Source: Alphaproteobacteria bacterium
Lineage (GTDB): Bacteria > Pseudomonadota > Alphaproteobacteria > Micavibrionales > Micavibrionaceae
Assembly (NCBI GenBank): GCA_023700945.1
Contig: JAMPXY010000001.1
Span: 1 to 63,821, forward strand
Direction: 5' to 3'
DNA: 63,821 bases
Shown here: positions 36,169 through 45,355 of the stretch, one piece after another
How positions within the stretch are numbered: the stretch's first letter is position 1
Layout of the letters: each line of letters begins with the position of its first letter
The notes under the pieces: model-generated
Told to the model about the DNA's origin: nothing
Seen by the model: only the letters and a program-made list of their open reading frames with translations
Database searches by the model: none
Position numbers and translations under genes: made by a program

Positions 36169-37653
36169 TCAGGAACGTCCAGATTGAGATTTTTTGATCC
36201 GGCGGCGTTGCACCGAAGAGGGAATATTCAATGATTCCCTGTATTTGGCGACTGTCCGGCGGGCAAGGTCGATATTATCTTTTTGCAGAATCTCGACAAT
36301 CGCGTCATCAGACAGGACCGCATCGGGTTTTTCCTCGTCGATCAGCCCTTTGATTTTCATGCGGATCGCCTCGGCGCTATGCACACTGCCGTCTGCACTG
36401 GTGATTGCGGTTGAGAAGAAATATTTGAGTTCGAACAGGCCACGCGGGGTACCGATATACTTATTGCTGGTGACACGGCTAACCGTGCTTTCGTGCATAT
36501 CGATTTTTTCAGCAATGTCCTTGAGGGTTAGCGGCTGGAGAAATTCAATCCCGTAGAGAAAGAACGGTTCTTGCTGCTCGATGATTTCGCTCGCCACTTT
36601 CAGGATGGTTTTGGCGCGTTGATCGAGGGCGCGAATCAGCCAGTTGGCAGAATTGAGTTGTTCATTCAAATATTCACGGGATTTTTTGTCCTTGGCGTGG
36701 GCGGATACTTCGGTGACGTATTCCTGATTGACCAGCACGCGCGGCAGGGTATCGCTGTTCAGCTCGACCCGCCAGCCGCCACCTTCGGATTTGGGAATGG
36801 CTTTCATCACCACATCGGGCACAATGGTCTGGACCACCAGATGCTCAAACAGGCTGGCCGGGCGGGGGTTCAGGCGTTTGATTTCATCGACCATATCCAT
36901 CAGATAGGTCTGGTTGACGCCGCAGATTTTGCACAAAGCGCCATAATCATGGGCACCGAGCAAAGGCAGGTGTGCCAGCAATTTTTCCATTGGTTCATCC
37001 AATTGGCCTTGTTCATCCAGCTGCAGCGCCAGACACTCCGCAAGTGATCCGGCAAAGATTCCGGGCGGGTCAAATTGCTGCAGACGGTCGAGGATATCGC
37101 GTACCAATTCGACTTTGGCGCCGAGACGTTCGGCCAGCACCTCAATATCCAGACGCAGATAACCGCTTTCATCCAGCATCTCGATCATCAACCCGCCGAT
37201 CAGATGATCTTTGGGATCATTGAACGCCATCAGCATTTGTTCATGCAGATGTTCGCGCAATGTGATCTGGCGCGAGAGTGTGTTTTCGAGTGACATTTCA
37301 TTGTCTTCAAAAGAACGGCTGCCGCCGCTGCCGGTTTGCTGGGTTCCGGCATCAAAATCAGTATTGCCCGGGGATTCGGCTCGGCTGTCAGCCTCGTTGC
37401 CGGTCCAGACCGTATCAAATTCCTCACCGACCCCATCACGGTTGTCTTGCGGGGGGGGCTCGGCCGGAGCATGATCGCCGCCCTCGGGTTCGGCTCTTTC
37501 CAGCAGAGGGTTCTGGGCGATTTCCTCCTCGACAAAATCATTCAGCTCGACATTGTTCATCTGCAGCAATTTGATCGCCTGCTGCAGCTGCGGGGTCATA
37601 ACGAGATTTTGTGACTGCCTGAGATCCAGGCGCTGGGTGAGATTCGAACTCAT
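36169..37653 (-). CDS. rpoN: RNA polymerase sigma-54 factor
   Basis: 494 aa. Region I is 'LRQSQNLVMTPQLQQAIKLLQM', and the RpoN box 'ARRTVAKYRE' lies near the C-terminus. Confidence 0.95.
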   Translation of the reverse strand: MSSNLTQRLDLRQSQNLVMTPQLQQAIKLLQMNNVELNDFVEEEIAQNPLLERAEPEGGDHAPAEPPPQDNRDGVGEEFDTVWTGNEADSRAESPGNTDFDAGTQQTGSGGSRSFEDNEMSLENTLSRQITLREHLHEQMLMAFNDPKDHLIGGLMIEMLDESGYLRLDIEVLAERLGAKVELVRDILDRLQQFDPPGIFAGSLAECLALQLDEQGQLDEPMEKLLAHLPLLGAHDYGALCKICGVNQTYLMDMVDEIKRLNPRPASLFEHLVVQTIVPDVVMKAIPKSEGGGWRVELNSDTLPRVLVNQEYVTEVSAHAKDKKSREYLNEQLNSANWLIRALDQRAKTILKVASEIIEQQEPFFLYGIEFLQPLTLKDIAEKIDMHESTVSRVTSNKYIGTPRGLFELKYFFSTAITSADGSVHSAEAIRMKIKGLIDEEKPDAVLSDDAIVEILQKDNIDLARRTVAKYRESLNIPSSVQRRRIKKSQSGRS

Positions 37654-37715
37654 GCAAGAATTGTACCACGAAAATCACGGTGCGGGAATCCGTGATTATG
37701 GTGGTATGGGGTTAG

Positions 37716-38036
37716 CTAGATTGAACTGAAGCCTATGATAATTGCAATCCATGGAAGGCAAACCGTGATCATTATAATTACGAGTAGGCTAATTAAAACT
37801 CTTATAAAAAAATTTACAGGAAGTAGAAAAAGTAATAGTGCGCTTGGCAAGGCAAAGACTGCGGCAGTCCATAAAAAACCTGAAAAACTGTATGTTTTGG
37901 AGAAACCCAGCAGGGCACTCTGTGCATGATTAGGTAAATAATTGGAGAATTTAAGGATTATAAAGGGCATTAGCGTGGCTATTACCAAAATTATATTCCA
38001 GCTTTGATGTCTAAATTGATTAATCTTGCCGATCAA
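37716..38036 (-). CDS. small hydrophobic protein (about 3 TM segments), AT-rich insertion
   Basis: 106 aa from a TTG that overlaps the lptB stop, or 84 aa from an internal ATG. There are three long hydrophobic stretches. The local sequence is much more AT-rich than the flanks. Confidence 0.4.
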   Translation of the reverse strand: MIGKINQFRHQSWNIILVIATLMPFIILKFSNYLPNHAQSALLGFSKTYSFSGFLWTAAVFALPSALLLFLLPVNFFIRVLISLLVIIMITVCLPWIAIIIGFSSI

Positions 38037-38842
38037 AGCGAAAAGCCTTCGCCCAGGTAAACCTTGCGGACATCGTCGTTGCCGACGATATCTTCAGGGG
38101 TGCCTTCCATCAACACTTTGCCATCATGCAGGATATAGGCACGATCAACGATGCCGAGGGCCTCGCGGACGTTATGATCGGTAATCAACACCCCAATATT
38201 CTTGGTTTTGAGGTAGCCGATCAGGTTACGGATCTCACTGACTGCAATCGGGTCAACACCTGCGAGCGGTTCATCGAGCATAATAAACTGCGGACGCCCG
38301 GCAAGCGCCCGGGCGATCTCGACGCGGCGGCGTTCGCCACCTGACAGGGCAATCGCCGGGGTACGGCGCAAATGGCTGATGGAAAATTCAGCGAGCAGAT
38401 CTTCCAGTAGTTGTTCCTGATCTTCCTGATTGAGGTCCTGCGCCTGCGTTACGGCGCGGATATTATCCTCTACCGACAGGCCCCGGAAGATCGAGGCCTC
38501 TTGCGGCAGGTAACCAATACCGAGACGGGCACGGCGGTACATCGGCAGACCGGTGATATCCTGACCGTCGAGCTGGATATAGCCGGAGTCCGGATTGATC
38601 AGGCCGCTGATGATATAAAAGCAGGTGGTTTTTCCGGCGCCGTTGGGGCCGAGCAGGGCCACAGCCTCGCCCCGCTGCAGCGTCAAGCTGACATCGCGCA
38701 GCACCGGGCGTTTTTTATAGCTACGGGCCAAATGGCGGGCGGTCAGGCCCTTTGGTACGGTCTTGAGTTGACGTTTACGCGGTCTTTTGCTGTTCTCGGT
38801 CATGGTGCCACGCATCATGCCTGTAATGATGCGGAAAGTCAA
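38033..38842 (-). CDS. lptB: LPS export ABC transporter ATP-binding protein
   Basis: 269 aa with Walker A 'GPNGAGKTT', the signature '[15 protein letters not shown]' and Walker B 'IMLDEP'. The start may be the internal 'MTENSK'. Confidence 0.9.
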   Translation of the reverse strand: MTFRIITGMMRGTMTENSKRPRKRQLKTVPKGLTARHLARSYKKRPVLRDVSLTLQRGEAVALLGPNGAGKTTCFYIISGLINPDSGYIQLDGQDITGLPMYRRARLGIGYLPQEASIFRGLSVEDNIRAVTQAQDLNQEDQEQLLEDLLAEFSISHLRRTPAIALSGGERRRVEIARALAGRPQFIMLDEPLAGVDPIAVSEIRNLIGYLKTKNIGVLITDHNVREALGIVDRAYILHDGKVLMEGTPEDIVGNDDVRKVYLGEGFSL

Positions 38843-38901
38843 AAAAGAGCTGGAAAATCAAGCCGGATCAACGTGCTGCCCAAGGTCATGTCGGGGTGCT
38901 G

Positions 38902-39885
38902 TTAGGGTGCCGTCAGGCGACCACGGGCGGGGGTGGGCTGAGGTTTCAAGCCGGGGGCGGCCAGGGGCGGCGGAATGGCGGCCGGGCTTTCATCAGGGAT
39001 GATGGTGACTGCCGGGGGCAGAGAGGGCGGTTGTGTTGGCGCGATGGGCATGGGTGCTGGCTGAACGGGTTTGGCAGCCTGAGTGGCGCTATCGGGATAG
39101 AATACCCCTTTGACCCGCCCGCTGGTGCTGGTACCGGTCTGGTTGCCGAACATCCGGCTGACATTGGTGGTCAGGTTGATTTCAGCACGGTCGCCTTCCA
39201 GAATATTGGGGCCGCGGGTGATTTTCACATGACCTGTGACTTCGGCGATATTGCTATCGGCGCGGTAAACCCCCCGATCTCCTTGCAAGGTTTCGGTTGC
39301 GGTGGTGATGATGACATGGCCCTCAGCTTCAAGTCTTTCGAGTTTGCGCTGGCCATTGCTGCCAGCGTCCTGCGAAAAAAAAGCCGAAGCTTGGTCGGCC
39401 TGCATTTTATCCTGCGGGCGGGTAACGACTACGTTGCCATAGGCGCTCAAGCGACCTTCCGTGACGCCATATTCGAATTTATCCCGTGCGGTCAGGGTTT
39501 GGTCGGGAGCCACCATTTTGAGGCTTTGGCCGGTCATGATCGCAACGCCGCTATCAAGTTCATAGACTGCTTTGTCGCCATAGGCCTGATTGCCTTGTGA
39601 GTTAATGGTCACCGCGCCGTCGGCGGTCATACGGTAGATATCGTAATTGGAATTTTTACCCTCGCGGTAATCGGCGGTCAGGGTATCGGCGGCGATACTG
39701 ACATTGCCTTGGCGGGCCTCGGCTTTGCCGCGGGCAATGTATTTTTTGTCGTTGCGGTGCCATTCAAGGGTTTGTTCAGCGGTAATTTCAAGTGGCTTAT
39801 CCTTCTGGCTGCTGACGGGCTGGGCCATGGCGGGTAGAGCGCAGATCAAAAAGGCAGATGCTGTTAAAAATAGTCTCATCTTCAT
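38902..39885 (-). CDS. lptA: LptA/OstA-family LPS transport periplasmic protein with a Pro-rich C-terminal extension
   Basis: 327 aa with a signal peptide and repeated OstA-like 'A....G.V.I..G...L.AD' units. The last ~90 aa are Pro/Ala-rich. Confidence 0.8.
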   Translation of the reverse strand: MKMRLFLTASAFLICALPAMAQPVSSQKDKPLEITAEQTLEWHRNDKKYIARGKAEARQGNVSIAADTLTADYREGKNSNYDIYRMTADGAVTINSQGNQAYGDKAVYELDSGVAIMTGQSLKMVAPDQTLTARDKFEYGVTEGRLSAYGNVVVTRPQDKMQADQASAFFSQDAGSNGQRKLERLEAEGHVIITTATETLQGDRGVYRADSNIAEVTGHVKITRGPNILEGDRAEINLTTNVSRMFGNQTGTSTSGRVKGVFYPDSATQAAKPVQPAPMPIAPTQPPSLPPAVTIIPDESPAAIPPPLAAPGLKPQPTPARGRLTAP

Positions 39886-40559
39886 AAACCTTTCAGCCGT
39901 TCTTTCAGAGTGAGAGTGGCCGGGCCGGTGAAGACAATCAGCCCTTCATTGTTACGCGCATCCATACCCGTGGCATGCAGGGTGGCCGCCGGGCCGGTAA
40001 TGACCACGGGCTGGTCCGTGCGTGATTCTTGGGCTTTGACATCCACGCTTAAGCGAGTGGTGTCCATCTGGTAGCCGTTGCTGTGTGTCAGGTGAACATC
40101 GCCTTCGAGTAATAATTTCCCAGCATTCTGGCGATAGGTTCCCTTGTGGGCTGTGATGATAAGCTTGTCTTCCGTCCCGAGAGTAATATCGCCCTGCGGG
40201 CTTTCCAGCAGCATGATATCGGGGTTCTGCGCGCTTTGGGTGGCGCGTTGTGCGATCAGGACATAGGGATTGTTGCGGGAATCGGTACCTTCAAAACGGG
40301 GATTGATCAATTCGTTTTGGGTCATAGCCTGCGGGGTTTCTGATACGTTTTCCGGCGTCAGCGGGGTTATCGCCTGCTCCATTTTGGGCCAGGCCATGAC
40401 AACGGCTACCACCAGCAAGGCCGCCAGCGGTAGCAGCAGGCGCATGACTTTGACAAAACGAGTATAAGTGCGCCCGGCCTTGACGGGCTGGCGGGCTTGT
40501 TGCATCAACCGTCCCAGACGTTGGGCGCGCAGATGTTTTTGCAGCGGGTGCCCGCTCAT
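39882..40559 (-). CDS. lptC: LPS export system protein LptC
   Basis: 225 aa with an N-terminal TM anchor followed by a beta-rich domain. It overlaps lptA by 4 nt. The call rests mainly on position and architecture. Confidence 0.65.
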   Translation of the reverse strand: MSGHPLQKHLRAQRLGRLMQQARQPVKAGRTYTRFVKVMRLLLPLAALLVVAVVMAWPKMEQAITPLTPENVSETPQAMTQNELINPRFEGTDSRNNPYVLIAQRATQSAQNPDIMLLESPQGDITLGTEDKLIITAHKGTYRQNAGKLLLEGDVHLTHSNGYQMDTTRLSVDVKAQESRTDQPVVITGPAATLHATGMDARNNEGLIVFTGPATLTLKERLKGL

Positions 40560-41179
40560 TCAGCCCCCTTCTTGGCCAGTTGTATTTCTCTATAAAGGTG
40601 CCATGCTGAAGGCAGAATCGATAAGACGATAATTCCAAGGACGATCGGCAGCAAATAACGATCGAGTTGTTCAGCCGGGATGAGTTCTCCGAGGAAGTAT
40701 CCCAGTACTGTCAGGCCCACCGCCCACGCCAGCGCACCGATGATGCTGTAAAGAACAAACAGCCTGTAGGGTACTTGTGCGACCCCGGCCAGAAACGGGG
40801 TAAAGGTACGGATGATCGGCAAAAAGCGGGCGAGAATAATCGCCATCTTGCCATGACGGTCAAAGAAGCGTTGGGTCATCTCCAGATGCTTGCGTTTGAG
40901 AAAACGGCGGTCACCATCCTTGAACAGGCGCAAGCCGACACGTTTGCCGACTTCATAACCCAGCATGTTGCCGGTTACCGCTGCGATAAAGCATCCCAGT
41001 GCCAGAATGCCAAGATGAAGAAAACCCTGTGCCGCAATGACACCCGCAGTAAAGAGCAGGCTGTCACCGGGGAGGAAGAAACAAAAGATAATACCGGACT
41101 CGGCAAAAACAATACCCCAGACGCCGAAATAGCCGAGTGATTTGATCAGCGGTATAATATCGAAATGCATCTCCGGCAT
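40556..41179 (-). CDS. DedA-family (VTT domain) membrane protein
   Basis: 207 aa with 'FFLPGDSLLFTAG' and 'ARFLPIIRTFTPFLAG'. Confidence 0.85.
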   Translation of the reverse strand: MPEMHFDIIPLIKSLGYFGVWGIVFAESGIIFCFFLPGDSLLFTAGVIAAQGFLHLGILALGCFIAAVTGNMLGYEVGKRVGLRLFKDGDRRFLKRKHLEMTQRFFDRHGKMAIILARFLPIIRTFTPFLAGVAQVPYRLFVLYSIIGALAWAVGLTVLGYFLGELIPAEQLDRYLLPIVLGIIVLSILPSAWHLYREIQLAKKGAE

Positions 41180-41202
41180 CCTTTAAAGATTTTTGAGGAA
41201 AA

Positions 41203-42219
41203 TTAGGCGACCCCGGCCTGCAGGCAATCTTGCATCCGGATCAGGCCACAAAAGCGGCCTTGCTCCACCACCACCAGACAGGTGATCGCCGATTTAAAGC
41301 CGTTCAGCATCAAATCAACCGCTTCAGCGGCAAGCAGGCTGGCTTCGATAGTTTTGGGGTTGGCGGTCATCAGTGTGCCTGCGGTTTTTGTCAGTAGATC
41401 AGGGTTCATGTGACGACGTAAATCGCCATCAGTAATGATTCCCAGCACGGACTTCTCCTGATCAACAATAATGACAGCGCCGAGATTTTTCTCGGTCATC
41501 ACCAGTAGTACTTGATCCATGGTGTCGGTTGCGCGTACCAGCGGCAATTTTTCGAGCGGTTGCATAATGTCGCGGACGGTGCGCAGGCGTTGACCGAGTT
41601 TGCCGCCGGGATGGAACACCCGGAATTGTTCGGCAGTGAGACCAGTACGTTCAAGTAAAGCTACCGCCAAAGCGTCACCCAAGGCCAGCATCATTGTGGT
41701 TGATGTTGTCGGTGCCAGCCCGTTGGGGCAAGCTTCGGGCATCTTTGGCAAAACTAGCTGGATATCGGAATGCTTGGCGAGCGTACTCTCCGGATTGCTG
41801 GTCATGGCAATCAGGGTGATGCCAAAACGCCGGGTATAGTGGATGAGATCAGAAAGTTCGGCGCTTTCGCCACCATTCGACAACAGCAAGACGATATCGC
41901 TTTCCGTGATCATGCCAAGGTCGCCGTGGCTGGCCTCCCCGGGATGAACGAAATGAGAAGGAGTGCCAGTTGAGGCTAAGGTGGCGGTAATCTTTTTGGC
42001 GACATGGCCGCTTTTGCCAATGCCTGCCACGATCAGTCGTCCCCGCCGGTCTTTTTTCATGTCATGGATAGCGTCAATCGCCGCGCTAAACTGATGATCC
42101 AGAGCTTGGGCCAGCGCGCTGATGCCCTCGGCTTCGGCGGTCAAAGTCCGGATGCCGCTTTGAATATCGGCGTGCGGCTGCCCGGGGGCCGGGTTCTGGG
42201 GCGCGGGTTTTGGGTTCAT
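41203..42219 (-). CDS. kdsD: arabinose-5-phosphate isomerase (KpsF/GutQ/KdsD family)
   Basis: 338 aa with a SIS domain ('GIGKSGHVAKKI.ATLASTGTPS.F.HP.EA.HGDLG') and two CBS repeats. Confidence 0.88.
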   Translation of the reverse strand: MNPKPAPQNPAPGQPHADIQSGIRTLTAEAEGISALAQALDHQFSAAIDAIHDMKKDRRGRLIVAGIGKSGHVAKKITATLASTGTPSHFVHPGEASHGDLGMITESDIVLLLSNGGESAELSDLIHYTRRFGITLIAMTSNPESTLAKHSDIQLVLPKMPEACPNGLAPTTSTTMMLALGDALAVALLERTGLTAEQFRVFHPGGKLGQRLRTVRDIMQPLEKLPLVRATDTMDQVLLVMTEKNLGAVIIVDQEKSVLGIITDGDLRRHMNPDLLTKTAGTLMTANPKTIEASLLAAEAVDLMLNGFKSAITCLVVVEQGRFCGLIRMQDCLQAGVA

Positions 42220-42255
42220 CTTGATAAATCCTTTAATACCGCGAGCAAAATGGGC

Positions 42256-42879
42256 TTAATGTGCGAAAATGTCAATTTCCGGCCAGCCTTCGGTATCGAG
42301 TCGGGCCCGCACAGGCAGAAAATCAAAACAGGATTGTGCCAGTGCGGTGCGGCCTTCGCGGGCCAGCATTTCGTCGAGCTGGTCGCGAAGCCGATGTAGA
42401 TAAAGGACATCATCGGCAGCGTAGACCATTTGCTCTTTGGTCAGTTTGGGTTGCCCCCAGTCCGAGGATTGCTGTTGCTTGTTCAGTTCTACACCCAGCA
42501 ATTCGCGGCACAGGGTCGCCAGATTATGTTTATCGGTATAGGTACGGCACAGGCGCGAGGCGATTTTGGTGCAATAGACGTTGGTTATGTCAATTTTTAG
42601 ATTGTGCTGCAGAATCGCCACATCAAACCGGGCAAAATGAAACAGCTTGGTGACTTTGGGGTCAACCAGCAGCGCCTTGAGGTGAGGGGCGTTGACTTTA
42701 CCGGGCGCGATCTGAACCAGATGAGCTTGCCCATCGCCTGCGGACAGTTGCACCAGACACAAGCGGTCACGCTGATTATTCAGGCCCATGGCCTCGGTGT
42801 CGATGGCAACGGCTTTGCCGAGTTTTAGGCTTTTGGGCAGGTCGCCTTGATGGAGATGGATTTTGGTTTTAGATGCCAT
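42256..42879 (-). CDS. rnd: ribonuclease D-like 3'-5' exonuclease (short form)
   Basis: 207 aa with DEDD-type motifs: 'VAIDTEAMGL', 'K..HFARFD...L' and 'YAADDVLYL'. Confidence 0.78.
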   Translation of the reverse strand: MASKTKIHLHQGDLPKSLKLGKAVAIDTEAMGLNNQRDRLCLVQLSAGDGQAHLVQIAPGKVNAPHLKALLVDPKVTKLFHFARFDVAILQHNLKIDITNVYCTKIASRLCRTYTDKHNLATLCRELLGVELNKQQQSSDWGQPKLTKEQMVYAADDVLYLHRLRDQLDEMLAREGRTALAQSCFDFLPVRARLDTEGWPEIDIFAH

Positions 42880-42961
42880 AACAGACCCCTGTGCTGATGC
42901 ACCCAGTTTAGCCGGAATTACCGGAAAATCAAAGGGTTAGTTACCTTCCCCCTGAAGAGAG

Positions 42962-43048
42962 TGGTGCCCAAGAGAAGACTCGAACTTCCATGACATTGCT
43001 GTCACACGGACCTGAACCGTGCGCGTCTACCAATTCCGCCACTTGGGC
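42962..43048 (-). tRNA. tRNA-Leu (anticodon CAG)
   Basis: The reverse complement GCCCAAGTGGCGGAATTGGTAGACGCGCACGGTTCAGGTCCGTGTGACAGCAATGTCATGGAAGTTCGAGTCTTCTCTTGGGCACCA folds as a cloverleaf. It has a 7 bp acceptor stem, the anticodon arm CACGG/TTCAGGT/CCGTG, a long variable arm, a GTTCGAGTC T-loop and an encoded CCA. Confidence 0.92.
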
Positions 43049-43084
43049 ATGCCAATATAAGGGCATAAGGGGAAAAGCAGGCGT

Positions 43085-43113
43085 TTATTAACCCACGGTG
43101 ACAAGAATGTCAA
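43085..43113 (-). promoter_or_regulatory. candidate sigma70 promoter for tRNA-Leu
   Basis: The minus strand reads TTGACA, 17 nt, then TAATAA, about 30 nt upstream of the mature tRNA 5' end. Confidence 0.4.
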
Positions 43114-43266
43114 ACGGGTTTATGATCGTCCCTCGTTCAGGCCCGTTCGGGTCGAATTCACCGTCAGGCCTCTATTTTTCTGCTTTCTTAAGATTCTGTT
43201 GGCAGACTGAGAGAGGAGAGTAAGATGTCTGCGCTGAGAGGCTTATTGGGAAGGGCTTGATATTAA

Positions 43267-44103
43267 ATGAAAATTCTTGTCATCGACCGTGACACGCTGG
43301 CGACCCAGCTGATTCGCTCACGGCTGGAAGTCAAAGGTCATACGATTGTTGAAGAGGGGATCAAGAATAATGCGATTGCCCTGCTGGAACGTGAGCCTTT
43401 TGAAGTTGTCTTTATTGATCCGGCGCCGCTGAACAATGCACGTCCGGTAGTACTGGGTATTCGTCGGGCCGTGCGGAATTATCCCTATGTGATTTTGATG
43501 TCACAGGATATGCCGCGAGAAGAGGCACTGCGCGCCGGGGCTAACGAAATCATGATCAAGCCGATTAATCATAGCGGCCTTGAAGTCGTGATGGAGAATG
43601 CTGAGCGCCTGACCGGACTGATCAAGCGGATGGGCGATGAAAAAGAAGATTTCCCTTCGGCTGGTGGCGTGATTGCCAAATCTGCTTTCAACCAGTTATT
43701 CCTGTCTTGTATTGATCGCGCAGATCGTTACGGCGAGCGTTCTTTCCTCGTTTTCATCGGCATCAAGAATTATCAGGAAATTTTGGCGATGGACGGTGCC
43801 TATGCCGCTGAATACGCTACAGCCAAGCTGTCCCAGTATCTCGTGCGTCTGCGTCGCCAGTCCGACATTATTGCCCAGACCGGCAAAAATGAATTTTGCC
43901 TGATGTTGCAGCGGCCAATGTATGAAACCGAGCCGATGGAGGCTGCTAACCGCTTTGCCGATGCTCTGCGTCGTTTCGATGATATCTGCGCCAGTGAGAA
44001 CGTAAAGGTCGAAGTGGCGGTGACGCTGGTCGATTTGCCGGTTGGACACAAACATGTCGAGCATGTTGTGACCTTCACCAAGCAACGCGCGAATGCTATT
44101 TAG
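43267..44103 (+). CDS. response regulator with a degenerate GGDEF domain that retains an RxxD I-site (probable c-di-GMP effector)
   Basis: 278 aa. The N-terminal receiver has 'ILVIDRD', 'VVFIDPAP', 'ILMSQ' and 'IMIKP'. In the C-terminal GGDEF fold, 'GKNEF' replaces GGDEF, and 'RQSD' sits exactly 5 residues upstream. Confidence 0.78.
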   Translation: MKILVIDRDTLATQLIRSRLEVKGHTIVEEGIKNNAIALLEREPFEVVFIDPAPLNNARPVVLGIRRAVRNYPYVILMSQDMPREEALRAGANEIMIKPINHSGLEVVMENAERLTGLIKRMGDEKEDFPSAGGVIAKSAFNQLFLSCIDRADRYGERSFLVFIGIKNYQEILAMDGAYAAEYATAKLSQYLVRLRRQSDIIAQTGKNEFCLMLQRPMYETEPMEAANRFADALRRFDDICASENVKVEVAVTLVDLPVGHKHVEHVVTFTKQRANAI

Positions 44104-44122
44104 CAATTATCGCCTGATGATT

Positions 44123-44731
44123 TCATTTTGCAAAGGGGGCCAGAAACTTGGCTACACCCCTACGGTATTCTTGGTATTCTGAAGTATCTGTCGCCCAGTT
44201 TGCGGTTTTTTCGAGCGCGGCTGATAATTTCATAGGTGGGGTTATAACGTCATACGCAACCAAAGGTTCTTGGCCCTCAGCATTACTCTTAAATATCATC
44301 CATACACGGCCGCCCGGAGTAAGACTTGGTGATACAGCGACAACATCATCCTCAAAACCTTTGTGATCGGGATGCGCATGATTTGCCATCTGAAACATGT
44401 CTCTAAGTGTCTGTGCTATATAAAACCTATTATCTTCAAATCTATTGTTATCGGCTATATCATTTTTTAGTGAATCGGCTAAGTCGATTATTCTATGGCC
44501 ATGCATTACCTGATCGGTCTTGTGCTTAAGAGAGAGACAGGCATTAGCTATATAGCCAAAAGCAGGAGATATTTTATCATGCAGACTTTGGGCAAAGGCT
44601 TGCGCCGCCTGTTCTTTTATAGCGCCTTCACCTAAGAATTTGAATTCCTGACCTAGCAATCTGAAGGACTCAATATAATGTGCCAAGGCAGTCAATTTTT
44701 GCTGGTTTTGTTGTTGTGACTCAAATGTCAT
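44123..44731 (-). CDS. hypothetical protein (202 aa), AT-rich gene
   Basis: A long ORF with visibly lower GC than its neighbours. I recognise no motif. Confidence 0.45.
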   Translation of the reverse strand: MTFESQQQNQQKLTALAHYIESFRLLGQEFKFLGEGAIKEQAAQAFAQSLHDKISPAFGYIANACLSLKHKTDQVMHGHRIIDLADSLKNDIADNNRFEDNRFYIAQTLRDMFQMANHAHPDHKGFEDDVVAVSPSLTPGGRVWMIFKSNAEGQEPLVAYDVITPPMKLSAALEKTANWATDTSEYQEYRRGVAKFLAPFAK

Positions 44732-44943
44732 TCTTTAATATCCCTACATAACACTTATGGGCAGATTAGATCCTAAATTTATTATGAATAATTATATACA
44801 GCAGGCTAGCGTTTTATGTCAATTGTTGTAAATTCTCTAACAAAATCAGGGCGATCTACCTACGAAGGTATGTATGGCTTGACAGAGTACTGTTGAAAAC
44901 ATCATGGTGATATTCACAAAGGGACGAATCCGTCCTGACGACC

Positions 44944-44972
44944 TAACCCGCTTCTTAGAGCGGGTTTTTTTA
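44944..44972 (+). terminator. orphan plus-strand rho-independent terminator (candidate sRNA 3' end or leader attenuator)
   Basis: AACCCGC-ttcttaga-GCGGGTT followed by T7. No plus-strand gene lies upstream for 840 nt. A second small hairpin, GGAC-gaatcc-GTCC, precedes it. Confidence 0.7.
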
Positions 44973-45016
44973 TTGTCATTTCTCACTCTGCGCCACCTTC
45001 ACCTAAGGAGATCATC

Positions 45017-45355
45017 ATGCCTACCCTGCTTCCCCGCGATAGTGAAAATAATATCATTCCGGCGGTGCGCCTGAAGGATAGTGCGGCCCATAGTATCAAT
45101 GCCACGACCAGTTCAGCCCGGAATGCTACAGCTTTTGCGACTGATACAAGAATTATCAGTCTTTATGCAACGGTACCGGTGCGTTTGAAATTCGGTGATG
45201 CCAGCGTCACCGCGAGCGCCAGTGATCATTATTTCCCGGCCGGGGTGTATTACGACGTGTCGATTGGTGGTGGCAAGGTTGGGCATTATCCCTATCTGGC
45301 AATCCTGCGCGAGGGCAGCAGTGATGGTGTGGTTTATATTTCAGAAAAAGAGTGA
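45017..45355 (+). CDS. hypothetical protein (112 aa)
   Basis: Strong 'TAAGGAG' RBS 7 nt upstream of the ATG. The protein looks beta-rich and Ser/Thr/Ala-rich. Its stop abuts the recR stop in the palindrome TGATCA. Confidence 0.55.
   Translation: MPTLLPRDSENNIIPAVRLKDSAAHSINATTSSARNATAFATDTRIISLYATVPVRLKFGDASVTASASDHYFPAGVYYDVSIGGGKVGHYPYLAILREGSSDGVVYISEKE

Noticed and set aside
37451-37458. A G8 (C8 on the coding strand) homopolymer inside rpoN, encoding 'EPPPQ', considered as a possible phase-variation tract.
   Set aside because: It is a single tract of borderline length in an essential-type regulator, the frame is intact, and there is no evidence of variability.
43225-43260. An 11-codon uORF (MSALRGLLGRA) with a strong SD just upstream of the receiver-GGDEF gene.
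   Set aside because: It is too short to support as a gene from sequence alone. It is mentioned under the related finding only as something to test.
42962-45355. A possible genomic island integrated at tRNA-Leu, given the AT-rich gene, orphan ORFs and regulator next to the tRNA.
   Set aside because: The variable genes lie on the 5' side of the minus-strand tRNA, not its 3' end. No integrase and no direct repeat of the tRNA 3' end is visible.
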